A stretch of 64,000 nt of DNA. Origin: Fistulifera solaris. Taxonomy: Eukaryota. Of the stretch, positions 40,750-53,807 are shown one piece after another. The notes beneath the pieces are model-generated. The model searched no databases and was not told where the DNA came from. It saw only the letters and a list, made by a program, of their open reading frames with translations. Numbering within the stretch: the first letter of the stretch is position 1; the number at the start of each line of letters is the position of its first letter. The DNA is taken from positions 310,001-374,000 of the forward strand of contig AP026129.1 in NCBI GenBank assembly GCA_030295235.1, read 5' to 3'. Position numbers and translations under genes: made by a program.

Positions 40750-40945
40750 ATGCATGTACCATCAGCATCATTTGCAACGCTCATACTTCTCGTCGACTGC
40801 TTTTGTCGAAAATCCTTGTGCGGATCGCTGCTTATTGTGCTTTCCGTTTTCGACACGACTGCATTTCAGTCATAAATCATTCATTCTGCTACCTTGGTGA
40901 ACAACATTATTTCTCTATTAAACGATGCAATTACCATCATCATCA
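40750..40945. repeat. Dispersed repeat family copy (related to 7061-7320)
   Basis: TCCGTTTTCGACACGACTGCATTTCAGTCATAAATCATT nearly matches 7066-7105. Confidence 0.7.
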
Positions 40946-41000
40946 TTCTGTTATAGACGCCTTGGATGCTTGATGATTCCACAAAAGCCCTTGGGAACGT

Positions 41001-42077
41001 GGTGTTTTCACGTGCGCAGAAAACTTGACACCGCACCCCCAGAAAATCTTGGCAATTGATCTCTTCACGTTCCCAGAAAATCTGGGGGTGCGACGTTTTC
41101 AAGTTTCCAAAAATTCTGGGCTTATGATGTTTTCACGTCCCCACAAAATCTGGAGGTGCGATTTTTTTACGTTACCAGAAAAGCCGGGCGAGTGGGAGTG
41201 GTGTTCTGAAATTCCCAGAAAATCTGGGCTTTCGATGTGATCACTTTTCCAGAAAATCTGGGTATAAGATGTTTTCACGTGCCCACAAAATCTGAATGTG
41301 CGATTTTTCACTAGCTCAAAAAATTTGTGCGGGTGGTGTTTTCACTTTGCCCAAAAGATCTGGGCGAGCAATGTTTTCACATTTCCCAAAAATCTGGACG
41401 AATGATGTTTTCACGTGCCCAAAAAAATATGGGCGTGCAGTGTTTTCACGTTTTTCTAAAAAAATCTGGGCGAGCAATGTTTTCAGTTGTCAAGAAAATC
41501 GTGGCTTGCGATGTGTTTACGCTCCCAAAAAAAATCTGGCCTTGCAATTGCAATGAGTTCACTTTCCCAGAAAATCTGGACGAGAAGTGGGGGTGATGTT
41601 TTCACGTTCCCAGATCTTCTGGGCGTGTGATGTTTTCACCTGCCCAGAAAATCTGTGGATGTTATGTTTTCACTTGCCCAAAAATTCTGGGCGCGCGATG
41701 TTTTCAAGTTTACCGAAAATCTGGAAGTGTGATGTTCTTACGTGCCCGAATAATCTGGGGTGCAGTGTTTTACCATACAAAGAAAATCTGTATGTTTGAT
41801 GTTTCCACTTCTCCAGAAAATCTGGGGGTGCGATGTTTTCACGTTCTCAGAAAATCTGGGCAGGTGTGTGTTTTCCAATTCCCAGAAAATCTGGGGGTGT
41901 GATGTTTTCACTTGCCCAGAAAATCTGGACCAGTGATGTTTTCACTTAACCAGAAAATCTGGAAGAGTGATTTTTCACTTGCCCAGCAAATCTAGGCTGG
42001 TAATGTTTTCACGTCCCCAGAAAATTCGGATGTGCGATTTTTAACATCCCCAGAAAATCTGGGTGCGTGATGTTTTT
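41001..42077. repeat. ~34-bp minisatellite, about 30 diverged copies
   Basis: Consensus approx. GATGTTTTCACNTNCCCAGAAAATCTGGRNGYGY. Confidence 0.93.
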
Positions 42078-42305
42078 GTCTATTTTGTTGTACTGTGTAC
42101 GATAGACCCCAAGTTTGGTTACAGCCATATCCATTTACAAACAAACACAATCAACTAAGCGATCGAAGCGACGACACAACTAGATAAAAATTTCTGAGTG
42201 TGCTGTAATCGTTGTTGTTCATTACAAAAGATTTCGCAACGCGCAACGCGAAGAATCTACAAGGAGGTAGACACGTTTTACAGACAGCAGTGACACATAC
42301 TCACG

Positions 42306-45194
42306 ATGACCGTGACAACTGTCGAACTTCCGCAAACGGATACGCGAAAGTATCATCACTTGACTCTGCCGAGCAACAGATTAGAGGTGATGCTTGTTCA
42401 AGACATTGCTGCGGAGACGTCCGCTGCTGCCGTGACAGTGGCGGCCGGACAATTTCAAGATCCCGTCGACTTTCCCGGGCTCGCGCATTTAGTCGAGCAC
42501 ATGGTCTTTTAGGGTCGCGCGAGTTCGAAGCGGAAAACGAATACGATCAATTCGTTTCGACGCATGGTGGTCACACGAACGCGTACACAGATCTTGAGCT
42601 CACATGCTTTTATTGCAACATCAAATCGGGGAATTTGGAAGGAGCCCTTGCTCGTTTCGGGGCGTCGCTGTCGTCTCCGTTGTTTGCGGCAAGCTCGCTG
42701 GAACGCGAAATCCAAGCAGTCGATTCGGAGCACTCCAACAATCGACAATCGGACGCTTGGCGCTCGAATCAATTGTCACATTCGTTGATCGGAGGTCGAT
42801 TTCACGACCACGGAATGCATCACGTTTTTGCGCACTTTGGAACGGGAAACATGGACGTTTTGTTACCGGGTGATGACAAAAATGACCGCTTGGTATTGTT
42901 GAGAGAGCAAGTGGTAGCATTCTACGAACGCTACTATAAAGCTACCGCGATGAAACTGGTGATTCTTGGTCCTAATCCGCTGGAGGAATTGGAGGAGTGG
43001 GCGAACAAATACTTTGGGCGTATTCCGGCTGGTGAAGTCCTCAAGGAACCTTTACCACCTTTGCCCAAGCAATCGTGCATGGCTCTAAAATGGGTACCAG
43101 TTCGAGACAGTCGTACGCTGACATTACAATGGATACTTCCCGAACTGAGATCGCACTATCGATCGAAACCCGGGCACGTACTAAGTCACGTCTTGGGACA
43201 CGAAGGCCCGGGCACTTTGTTGTATGTTTTGAAAGAAGAGTTGCATTGGGCTCACGAGTTGAGTGCCGACAACATTTCGTCCATGACGAGTGCGTTCACG
43301 GTTTTTAACTTGATCATCGAACTCACACCGGCTGGATTGGACAATGTTTCACAGATCATTGCAGGAGTGTACAAGTATATTTCATTGATGCAGGATTTAC
43401 CGGACTGGGTCTATGATGAACAAGAGTTAACAGCGGAACTGCAATTCCGGTTCCTATCCAAAGCTGAGCCTGAGGACACAGTGAGTCAATTAGCCGTGAA
43501 TTTGCAGTACTATGGCCCAGAGCATGCTATCTCGGGTCCCCACAAGATTTATAAGCACGAGCCGGCTCTTGTACGAAAATGTCTCGATTGTTTCACCCGT
43601 GATAACATGTTCGTTCTACTTTCCAGTAAAAATTTCGAAACGGATCGAGTCGATCCGTGGTATGGCACCTCAATTCAAAGTGCTCAATAAAGAAGATGCT
43701 ACCGAAACGTTTTTTAACACTGAGACCGAGGCAGAGTGGTTTTCACTGCTAAGCCTGCCGACTCCAAACGATATGCTAGCGACTCACTTTGATCTTGTGG
43801 CATCGCCTGAGCAATGTTTTCAAAATCCTGAGGCAACACCTCGTTGCCTACTGAATAGCAACATCTGTCGGTTGTGGTACAAGCCGGATCTAACCTTTCG
43901 TATGCCCAAGGTGAATGTCATGGTCATGTTTCGGACGCCCTTGGTTTACAACAGTCCACAAAATGCGCTTCTAGCAGCGATATGGACAGAGCTGATTCAA
44001 GAGTTTTGCAACTCCTTTTCCTATGTGGCTTCCATGGCAGGTTTGCATTGCTACTTTCAAGCCAGCACTAAGGCGATTGAAATGACCATTACAGGATACA
44101 ACCACAAAGTCGGCGTTTTGATTGAACGTGTGGTGGATACGATCAAATGCCTACCTGAGAAGATTTCTGATCCTGTTTTTGAAAGAGTTAGCCACAAGCT
44201 TGAGCAGCGCTATCTAGCGTTCATGATGGGCTCCCCGTATCGACATGCTATGAATGGTGCTGATTTGTGCCTCGATGCAGAAAAGTGGAATGTCGAGGAC
44301 CGACTCGAACTTCTCCAGAGCAAAAGCTTGTCTTTAAACGACACGATACACTTTCACCGACAGCTTATGGGAAGCTTTTACTTAGAGGCCTTGGTGCATG
44401 GAAATGCGGAGCCTCCGACAGCGTTAGAATGGATGAACAGAATAGTTGATGTCTTTCAACCGAGCGTTATCTTACATCACCCATTGAATCGCGTAGTCGA
44501 AATCCCAAACGGAGAAACTCTTTATGGTTTTCCTTGCCACAATCCTGAAGACAATAACAACAGCGTCTTAAGCTACTACCAAGTGGGAGTTCTCGACTTG
44601 AGGGGCGCAGCAATATTGAAGCTTACCCAGCATCTCATGCAAGAACCGGCTTTCTTTCAGTTGCGTACATCCGAGCAGCTAGGTTATTTGGTACACACAA
44701 GCGTCAAGACGAATGGTGAGCACGTAAAAGGTTTGATGGTGCTGATACAGAGTGAATCGTTTCATCCAGATCATTTGAATGAAAGGATTGAGGCGTTTCT
44801 GCCTCAATTTCGAAAATCAGTTGTTGAAATGACTGCGGTAGATTTTCAGAAGAACGCACTGGCAGTACGCCAGGGTTTACTGGAACAACCAAAAAATCTT
44901 GGGGAGGAATCGTCAAGACATTGGGATGCCATCTCGAACAAAATGTACTATTTTACTCGGTCAAAAGATCTTGCTACGCTCGTAGAAGGAGTTGGCAAAG
45001 AGGAGATACTGCAGTTCCTTGACAAGTACATCTTGCCGTCGCCATATCGTCGAAAGTTATCAGTTCGAGTCTACGGGGCAAGCAACCGAGATATGATCCC
45101 GAACGTCATCATTGATCCAAAGCAATTCGGCCGCTGTCAAGCTCTTTATCCCACGCACCATGACGTAGATATTTTAAACATGATGATGAACTAA
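42306..45194 (+). CDS. Insulin-degrading enzyme-like M16A metallopeptidase
   Basis: PGLAHLVEHMVFLGS (HXXEH), GGHTNAYT, EREIQAVDSEH, LGHEGPG, FQLRTSEQLGY. Two frameshifts. Confidence 0.93.
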
Positions 45195-45279
45195 GCTATA
45201 AAGTAATGACTGGGAAGAGGAATTAGTTGTATTTATTATCTGTGTTTTCGATGATAATTACATGCTGGATCCGGTCCGG

Positions 45280-48200
45280 TCATAATATCTTTGTTTGGTT
45301 TAGGTGCCCGGCGCGGTCGATTTTGTGGGGTATTTTTGAGTTCTCATGAGAGAATGAATAATCAATTCCCGAGCTCGTAGGGGCTGGATGTGGTATAGGC
45401 CCTTGAAAACTTTGAGACGGATCTAACACGGCCATCGGTTGCAGCAATAATGGCTGTCCCGTGGCCGATGTTGTCACGTAATAGAATGATCCATCGGGAG
45501 CCGTGGTCAGGTAGACCTGTTGCTGAGGCACCGCATATGCCATTGTTTTTGCCTGTTGTTGCTGAAGCAGCAGCTGTTGCAATAACTGCTGCTGCTGAAA
45601 AGGATGCATCTGCGGCAAATTCAAAAATGCCATCCCTTGGTCAACCTCCATTGTAACACTTGATGCGACACTGTCATTAGAATAAAAACTCTGAGGACCA
45701 TTGAACCCGAAAGCGCTAGAAGAATCACCAAGATTTGCGTGAGGATCGTGGTTAAGGTGTACGGGAGCAAAATGGCCGGGGACAGATGATGCGAGTTGCC
45801 CCGGAAAAGGCACTTGTCCTCCTGGCAAAGTATTACGTTGTACATATTGGACACCCCCGAGTTAACAGATTGCGCTGAAGGATTCCCCGCAAAATTGAAG
45901 ACTGCTGTTGCGTGGACGCAGCAGTCGTTCCTGTCACACTCGAACCCCATATTGATTTCGAAGAAATAGAGACAGCGTCAAGTCCTGGTACATTTCCTGG
46001 TCGCTGAAGTGCGTATGCGAAATCGGCACCTGGCCTTGAGTTGGAGGAATTGATATCCATTGTTCTAGAGTAACTCGAAGGCCCGGCGATGTTGGGGAAA
46101 CGGGTTTGTCGCTGTGATAAACCCGTAGCTTTGACTCCAGAACCAGCTTCGACCCTTGCGACGTGCGGTCGTTGAGCGCGATACTCGTGCTCGCAGTGAA
46201 AACTTGTCGTTGCGGCTATCATGCCCGGATTTCGATTGGAATTGAAGGAAGTTGCTACGTCATGCGGTGGTGTAGAGGCTGGATAATAAGCTTGTCTCCA
46301 GTCCCCATGATGCGAATCGGTTTCTTCAGTTGCCGTAGATGGCGTAGGAACCTGCGATTCCGTTGGAGATCTTTGCTTTGGAATATCGCCCAGAGCGGAC
46401 CCGCTGTTGCGACTCGATGAACGGCGCATACTTTGTTGCTTTTCTCGCATCTTTTGAACATTAAGAAGTTTCCGCCGGCATATAGATGGATCCCATGGTA
46501 TCTCCCATCGTACACCGAGCTCACGATTCGCTTGACCCTCTTCTCGAATGTCAACGTCCTTTGCAGGTTGGTATTGTATTAATTTTTCGAAGTCTCCAGT
46601 CAAGAACGGGTGTTGTGCAGCTTGAAAAGCCGTGAGACGTTTCCAAGGATCAGGATCCAGTAACCCGTAGAGAAAATGAACGAACGCGGGCAGCAGATCT
46701 TTGTCTTTGCCAACTGTTGATCGCCCATGCAAAAACAAGATATCAGCTAAACGCGTTCTTCGAAAGTATCGATTTCCCGGTTGCTGCTCAAGTCGAGTCA
46801 ATCCTCCCTTTTTCTCTACTTCGGCATGCGACAGCGAAGATATATACTCTTTCTGTGTCTTCAGTCGCCATTGTGGAATGATTGGGGAATTTGTGCGGTC
46901 TTTAGGCACAAACTTCACAAAATACTTTGTGGCTTTCGACCCTTGGTCTAACATCCAATCAGGCAATGAACCGATCATTTCTACAATCCTACCCAGCTGG
47001 TCATGCTCGTGAATACCAGGTAGGATCGGAAGCCCAAGAAAGAGTTCTGCGGCCACACACCCCAACGACCACATATCTATGACTGAATCGTAGGGAACCC
47101 CTATTAGCACTTCAGGACTTCGGTAAAAGCGAGACTGGATATAAGTATGTGCCGTGTAACCTTCGAAGCATGCGGAACCGAAATCGATAAGTTTTATCTT
47201 CGTGCACTCATCATTCGCGTCGTCGTCAGACGGCAGCACAGTTTCGATATTTCTATGGGCAGTAGTCGTCCCAGTCGCACAACTCTTATCCGAACTTGAT
47301 CGTGATTGAGCGACGTCCGTAGACACGTCGCAATCTTTTGTAGTATCAATGGGTATCGAATTTGATTGAATCGAAGTACTCTTTTCAGCAGGTCGAGCCC
47401 GACCTTCTCCAAGCAACACTAACTCATTTGCGGCAGCTTCGGAGACCAGCAACACGTTTTCGGGTTTGATATCACAGTGAACAATATTCTTTTGCGAGAT
47501 ATCCCGAACACATCGTATCGTTTGCAGCAATATTTGCCGCACCGCAGTGAGCGGCAATCCTCGGAATTGACGCTTCTTCAAAATTTCATACAAATTCGGT
47601 CCCAGCAACTCAAATAATAAACAAAGATGCCCGTGATACATGAAGAAACCCAAAAGTTCAACTCGACTTCCTTTGGGGGACGTGTTTTTATCCAATTCCC
47701 TAAAAACATCGATTTCGACAGTGGCTTGACGTGTATAGTCGGGTCGATTTCTCACAATCTTCAGCGCTACCCACTGCTGCGTGGCTTTGTGCCAGCACTT
47801 AAATACTTGCGCAAACGTCCCTTGTCCCAATAAGCTGTGAACTGTAAAGTCTACCATTTTGTGATCCATCGCACCGATGAATGCGTGCATTTGTTTTCTT
47901 TGTATCTTTATGACATCGTTCTCGTATACCAACAAATTACCTTCTGCGTTGTCACGCCCTTCATTAGCGACCGGCTCTGACGGCTTGGTTAAACATTTCC
48001 CCCGTGGTGGACCGGTAGAAGCAGTTTGACATCCAGTGTCAAAAGTTGAGTGACTTTTCGTGCTTATTGAAGCACTGTTATGAGATTGACTTTGCATCGT
48101 TCTTTCTCCGGTTTGTGTGGTGGCACTATCCGACGCTCCTTCCAATACAGCTGAAAGTAATCCTTTGTTCCCATGCAAATGTGTACCGACAGTAGATTGC

Positions 48201-48760
48201 TGAGCTCCACTTCCGTGTGAACTCGATGCCGCTTTCAGCATCTCTTCGGTGGATATTCTATTTTTGCGGTTGTATGAGCCATGTGATGGCTCGCTTCCCA
48301 GATCTAGTTGCGCAAACGCTTTACGCTGTTGCTCTTCCCATTCTCGAAACGAATCCTTAGCATTTATTGTCAAATTCCGCACAATATTTCCTACCGTTGG
48401 CTGATGCTCTCCGTGGTCTTGATAAGTTGTTTTGGGAACTTTGCGATATCGCGGCGACCCCGACAAAGAATGAGACAACTGTCCCTTATAATGAACGAAT
48501 GAACTGTTTATTGAAGCCTGAATTGAGGTTACAGTTTCCGGCAAATTAATTTGTCCGCCATGAGCTTGTAAAGAAAGCTTTTGCCCTACTCTGCGGTATG
48601 CTTCATCCACATGACTTCGTTGATGCCTTTGACGTTGCCTTGATCGTGGTGAAACATCGCGGTGCTGACCGGGTGATTTTGTCGAGTTACCCGATTTTGT
48701 CGACGATTGGCTCAGGGTTTCAAGTAATTCCTGAGGCCCAAAGGTTGGATTAACATCCAT
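45280..48760 (-). CDS. YAK1/HIPK-like DYRK-family kinase
   Basis: LGQGTFAQV, HCDIKPENVL, DFGSAC, YIQSRFYRSPEV, AAELFLGLP. C-terminal tail frameshifted. Confidence 0.92.
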
Positions 48761-49778
48761 GATGAATCAAAGCAACTTAAACTGACGGGCACTTTTCCCT
48801 CCAGCAGCACGAGAGGTACGATTATTTTTACTTCCTTATTCCTTATCGTCTTTGACGTCGACACGAGATCGGTCCTCCGCTTGTTTCAAATGAAGAGTGT
48901 TCTTTCAAATTTATTTACTGGTGACAACGCCATAAGGTCACCAAGTCAGAAGGCTTCGGAGGAACGGTTTGAGGCGGAGGACGAAACAACAGAAGATTCT
49001 CCACGTTAAACTTGATACCGAAGTACATGGCAGCTGTTGCGGACGAAAGTGGCAGAGGGGCAGGGGGCAGGTCGTCAAACATCAAAACCCCTTGCTTCTT
49101 CACTGTGTCGAACAGATGGGAGAACACACTTTCGACACCATACGCGAACATCGCAGTATGAATTATTGTACATGACTGTGCTGCAAGTATTCTTTCACAG
49201 GAAACAAGATACAGAACAAAGGATACTCGTAAGCTCACATTCCTTCAAGTAGTATAGTCTACGCATCTTGAGTTCTACGAGCAAGCGAATGGTAGGTTTG
49301 GTGGAGACATGGAAATCGGGAATGGATAATGGGACAATGCGAATGGGACCCAACAAGTCAACGAAAGGCCGAAACCACAAATAATAATAATCTTTGGCCC
49401 AATCAGAGTAAAACGAAATACTCCGTGACGAAGACGACGACGAATCCATTTAGCGGACCTTTCGTTAGAGTTGCACGATTGCACTAGGGCTAAGTGGCTT
49501 TGAAGCCTGTTGGCGGTTTGTGGAGTTCGCCTTGAAGTCTGTTGGTCATTCGTAGAAGTCTAGCCCTTAGCCTTTTGGCACTCTAACAGGCTACACCTTC
49601 TTTGTCAACTAATGCGTTAGCTTAGCTCTAACATGCTGCACATGTCGATGATGGAGAGATGAAGAAGCAGCAATGTCAGTTCGGGCTCGAAAGTGTGTTC
49701 TGGGCGGACTGGAGTCAACATGATCAACACGCGACGGTTAGCTTTCAACACGGCTTCATCCATAGAGAGAATTATCAT

Positions 49779-51005
49779 CTATTTGAGTTCAACGTCGTGT
49801 CGTTTCAGAGCTGCATCAATTGCCCAAAGAACGCGCTGTCGGTTTTCCCAATACAGCTCACCTACCGGTCTTATGCGAAAATGAAAGTCAACGGTTGCCT
49901 CCACAAAACCGGGGCCGTAATTGGTCAGTGTTGCCAGAAAGGGACGACTACCATCCGTCACAATTTCCGGACAAGCCAACTGTACTTCCTCTTTGATCGA
50001 CTCCATGACATTTCGTAGAATGGCTCTGTCTTTTAATGAAAATCGTAGCACTTGCTTCACTTGTGAGTAGCGAATGCGGCTCAGATTACTTATCGGCGTC
50101 GATATCAAATCCGTGTTGGGTATGTTCACCGTGATTTCATCCGATCCCCTCAATACAGTTTCCATCCACCCCAGCTTTACGATTGTGCCCTCCTTGCCAT
50201 TGCCAAATCGTACGTAGTCTCCCTCATAAATTCGATCACTCGAAACCAAAAGCAACCCATTTATGACACTTTTTGCGATTCCTTGCGACGCCAAACCTAT
50301 CGCCAAGGTTCCAGCGCTGCCTAAAGCAAACAAAGAGCTCATGGCGATTCCCATCTTCACTTGCAGAATGCCCATGATGACCGTAAGAGTTATCCCTCCG
50401 ATTGCAGCATCTGCCAGTCGATTGATGATCTTCATCCTACCAAATGAATCGGGATGTTCACTGATGAAGCTTCGGATATAGTATTTCTTTATAGTGGACA
50501 TACGATTCGCACCCCACAGGAGGTAAACGACTTGAGCAAATGCGATCGGAAACTCTGCATTATTGAACGACGCAAATCCCATTCCGGTGAGGACAATCTT
50601 CACAATATCCACAAAATAGACAAGCAGCGCGAGTTTGGCGACTTGCTGCACATGTACCAAGAATAGTCGAAGGAGATGATAGTAATCCGCCAAGGATTCT
50701 CTCGCACTCAGTGGAAGCTGCGAGTAAGGCAAGTTCAAAGCGGGGACAAATATCCAACCTGCGCATACCAAGAATAGTATGTCTTCGACATGAACACTTT
50801 CGCGCAAGGCACCATGAATTACGCTTCGATCCAGATGCAGTACTTTTCGAATCAAAGGTTTTATTTTGCCCGCTAGAATATTTCCAGAAACCATTCCTCG
50901 TATGGAATCTCCGACGTCATGCAGCATGGAGTGTCCGTTCTCTCCATTCGCTGAGGCAAGCGCAAGAATCGAGTTTAAAACCGAAACAAAAAAGAACCTT
51001 TTCAT
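49779..51005 (-). CDS. MscS small-conductance mechanosensitive channel
   Basis: Signal peptide, TM helices, GSAGTLAIGLASQ, GDYV, GTIVKLGWMET, IPN, ISNLSR. Confidence 0.9.
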   Translation of the reverse strand: MKRFFFVSVLNSILALASANGENGHSMLHDVGDSIRGMVSGNILAGKIKPLIRKVLHLDRSVIHGALRESVHVEDILFLVCAGWIFVPALNLPYSQLPLSARESLADYYHLLRLFLVHVQQVAKLALLVYFVDIVKIVLTGMGFASFNNAEFPIAFAQVVYLLWGANRMSTIKKYYIRSFISEHPDSFGRMKIINRLADAAIGGITLTVIMGILQVKMGIAMSSLFALGSAGTLAIGLASQGIAKSVINGLLLVSSDRIYEGDYVRFGNGKEGTIVKLGWMETVLRGSDEITVNIPNTDLISTPISNLSRIRYSQVKQVLRFSLKDRAILRNVMESIKEEVQLACPEIVTDGSRPFLATLTNYGPGFVEATVDFHFRIRPVGELYWENRQRVLWAIDAALKRHDVELK

Positions 51006-51380
51006 GGTGTAAGTCATTATTGTTTCTGTGATCTACTTTTTTATTCTTCGGTATAAAGCAACGATCATCAAAGTGCAATGAGCAAAAGATATGGACGAGT
51101 GCAAGTGAATTGTGCGTACAAAATCTACGCCACTACATAAAAAAACTTTTGCGCGATACCAGTAACCTTACACAAAAATCTTTCCAAGAAAATCGAAAAC
51201 TAAGGCCAGATAAGTATGTTACTTCAGTAATGTCATGGATCGGACGCTCCACTTCCACCAACTACTAATAACAATACCTACGGGAACTATCGATTGCTTA
51301 AGACAATTACGTTTCTTACTAGCGGTTTCGCGACAGCCGCTCCCTCTCAACTCAATCACACAAAGTACGCAGTTCCCCGA

Positions 51381-52989
51381 TTAAGTACTCATGTAAGTCG
51401 ACATGTCAATTTCATCCGGCAACTCAGGAATATTAACTTCAAAGCGGCTTTGAACCTTCTCCAAGATCTCTTTGTCAGCTTCGCTACTGATAAAGCTAAT
51501 AGCGATACCTTTCGTGCCGAATCGTCCAGCTCGACCCACGCGATGCAAGAATTGGTCGCTATCGTCCGGGAAATCGTAGTTAATCACCACGTTCACACGT
51601 TCGATATCAATACCACGCCCGAACAAGTCGGTAGCCACCAGAATACGGGCGTTGAAATCTTCGAACGACTTGTATTTCGTGATGCGCTCGTCTTGTTTCA
51701 TTCCAGCATGGATGCAGATACTAGGAAAGTTGCACTCGGTCAACAATCGGTTCAGTTCTTTCGCACGTGCTACTTTGGAGACAAAAATTACGACTTGGTT
51801 GAATTCCAATGCGTCCAACAGATCGTTCAACTTGCGGTTCTTCTCTGCCTCGGCCAACTTCGCATAGTAGAGTTGAAGACCGTGCAACGTAAGTTTTGTC
51901 TCGTCGTCGACGTAAATTTCCATGGGATCTTGACAAAACTTCTTACAAACGGGACGGATTTCTTTCGAAAGCGTGGCACTGAACAACAATACCTGCTTTT
52001 CGTGAGGAGTCATTCGGAAGATCTCCTGCACATCGCGACGCATGTCAAGGGCTTCCAACACGCGATCGCATTCATCCAAGACAAAATGTTTGACTGCGCT
52101 CAACTTCAACGCCTTCTCACGCGCCAGTGCGAGAATACGACCGGGTGTTCCAACGACAATGTGGGGATGATCATTGGAAAGGATCTCACGGTTTTGTTTG
52201 ATGCTCACACCTCCGTAAAAGACAGCGGTCTTGATCGAAGGCAAGTATTTCGAAAAGCGCTCATACTCATGGGCAATCTGGAACGCCAGTTCACGGGTAT
52301 GACACAGTACCAAGACCTGCACATCTTGACTTTCATCAGAAGCGTTCAACTGATGAAGTGTAGCCAACACAAAAACGGCGGTCTTTCCCATACCGGACTT
52401 GGCTTGACATACGATATCACCACCCAAAACAGCCTGCGGAATCGACTCGTGCTGTACTTCGGAAGGATGCTCAAAACCTGCATCGACAATAGCACGAAGT
52501 AACTCAGGTTTCAACAAGAAATCTTTGAAACCAGAGGCATGAATTCCAACGTAGTGACCTTTCTTGCTGTCTTTTGCCTTTCCTGCGTCTTTCGCAATAT
52601 CTGCTACCTCCTGTAATGAAAAATACAAACGTAAGGTTTGATGACCCTTTCAAATCAAAACACTCCCGTGCGCAACGTCGAAAACCCGTTCGGTAAGTAT
52701 TTTTTCGGATAGAGCGATTGATACATGAAGTAACTCTACACCCACAAAGCGACCAATCGCAGCTTATGACCGCGTATAACATTCGTTTTCCTTTCATTCA
52801 ATACATGGATAAATTGTATGCCGCTTCGTCCTTGTCGTCAACTGCACCGGAATCGTTGAGTCAACAAACAGGCCAAGGACTCATCTCTGCCAAGGACTCA
52901 TCTCTGCCGCAGCCGCGCACGATATCACCGCCGCCAAGACGCACCTCTTCTTCGTCATAATCTACGAGTTCTTCTTCATTATCCGCCAT
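51381..52989 (-). CDS. UAP56: DECD-box RNA helicase UAP56/SUB2
   Basis: Exon 1 [15 protein letters not shown] (52945-52989); intron 52611-52944; [32 protein letters not shown]. Confidence 0.97.
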
Positions 52990-53807
52990 GGTTATGTTTA
53001 TGTAAAGCCTTATTCAGGAAACGTTGTATTCAAGTCAATGCTGCAGCAAAGGCAATTGTGTATAATGGCCATTGAGAGCAGCAGCCAATACATTATTGCG
53101 GTATCGCGGCGGTTTGCTCGTCGTGCCGTTGAGAAACGCGAAACGGAGAAAAATCGCGGGTCATCGGCGGTGCGCCCGTCTGTCATCCGTGACATAATCT
53201 ACTATAGTTCCAAAGTGTAGTTCGTTTTTCACCAAGACTAGATTTCCAGTCACGAGCCACGACCCTGATTTCATTTCTTTTTTCTTTCATTGGCTGCCGT
53301 GCTATCGTTGGTCACATTCTGATGGGCACTACGATTCACGAATATGATTATAACGCTGCATTTACATTCGCAGTGCACCACTTGATCATTACTGCTGAAA
53401 ATCTTACTGAATCCGTGTCTTCTAGGGGTCGTCCTTTTTGGAAATTTTAGCTTGACTGCATCTATTCATTCACGAGCTCACTGTTTGTACATTCGACTGC
53501 ATGTCCTACAAGTACTCTTTCACTGATTTTTGCGTTTCACGTTATAGTACTGTACCATGGTACCGGACATTTGCATCCGCGCTTTCCTCTTGCTTGCCCT
53601 TCTATTCTTTCGTTGACACTTCCACAGAACTTCGTGATCACCTCGGATGTGTGACGCGACGATAATCTTACCAGGTACCTTCTTTTGACACAATAAACCT
53701 TGACAAAAGACTTCTTTTTGTAACTCACAACGACGCTTCATTATCGAGACCGAGTTCTCAATTTTGATCCTTCACAAGCCGAGAACTTTCTGTGATTTAG
53801 CAACAAG

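Noticed and set aside
41001..42077. CRISPR array
   Set aside because: There are no unique spacers (linkers are only a few nt), the repeats are degenerate, no cas genes are present, and the context is eukaryotic.
48915..49700. Small ORFs between YAK1 and MscS
   Set aside because: No recognisable motifs; consistent with UTR/intergenic sequence.
51294..52502. 402-aa antisense ORF over UAP56 (likewise 36365-36934 over BiP)
   Set aside because: Shadow ORFs caused by codon bias of highly expressed genes; no independent protein features.
52820..52890. Active hammerhead ribozyme in the UAP56 intron
   Set aside because: The core reads GAGATGA/GAAG instead of CTGANGA/GAAA, and stems I and III are not evident.
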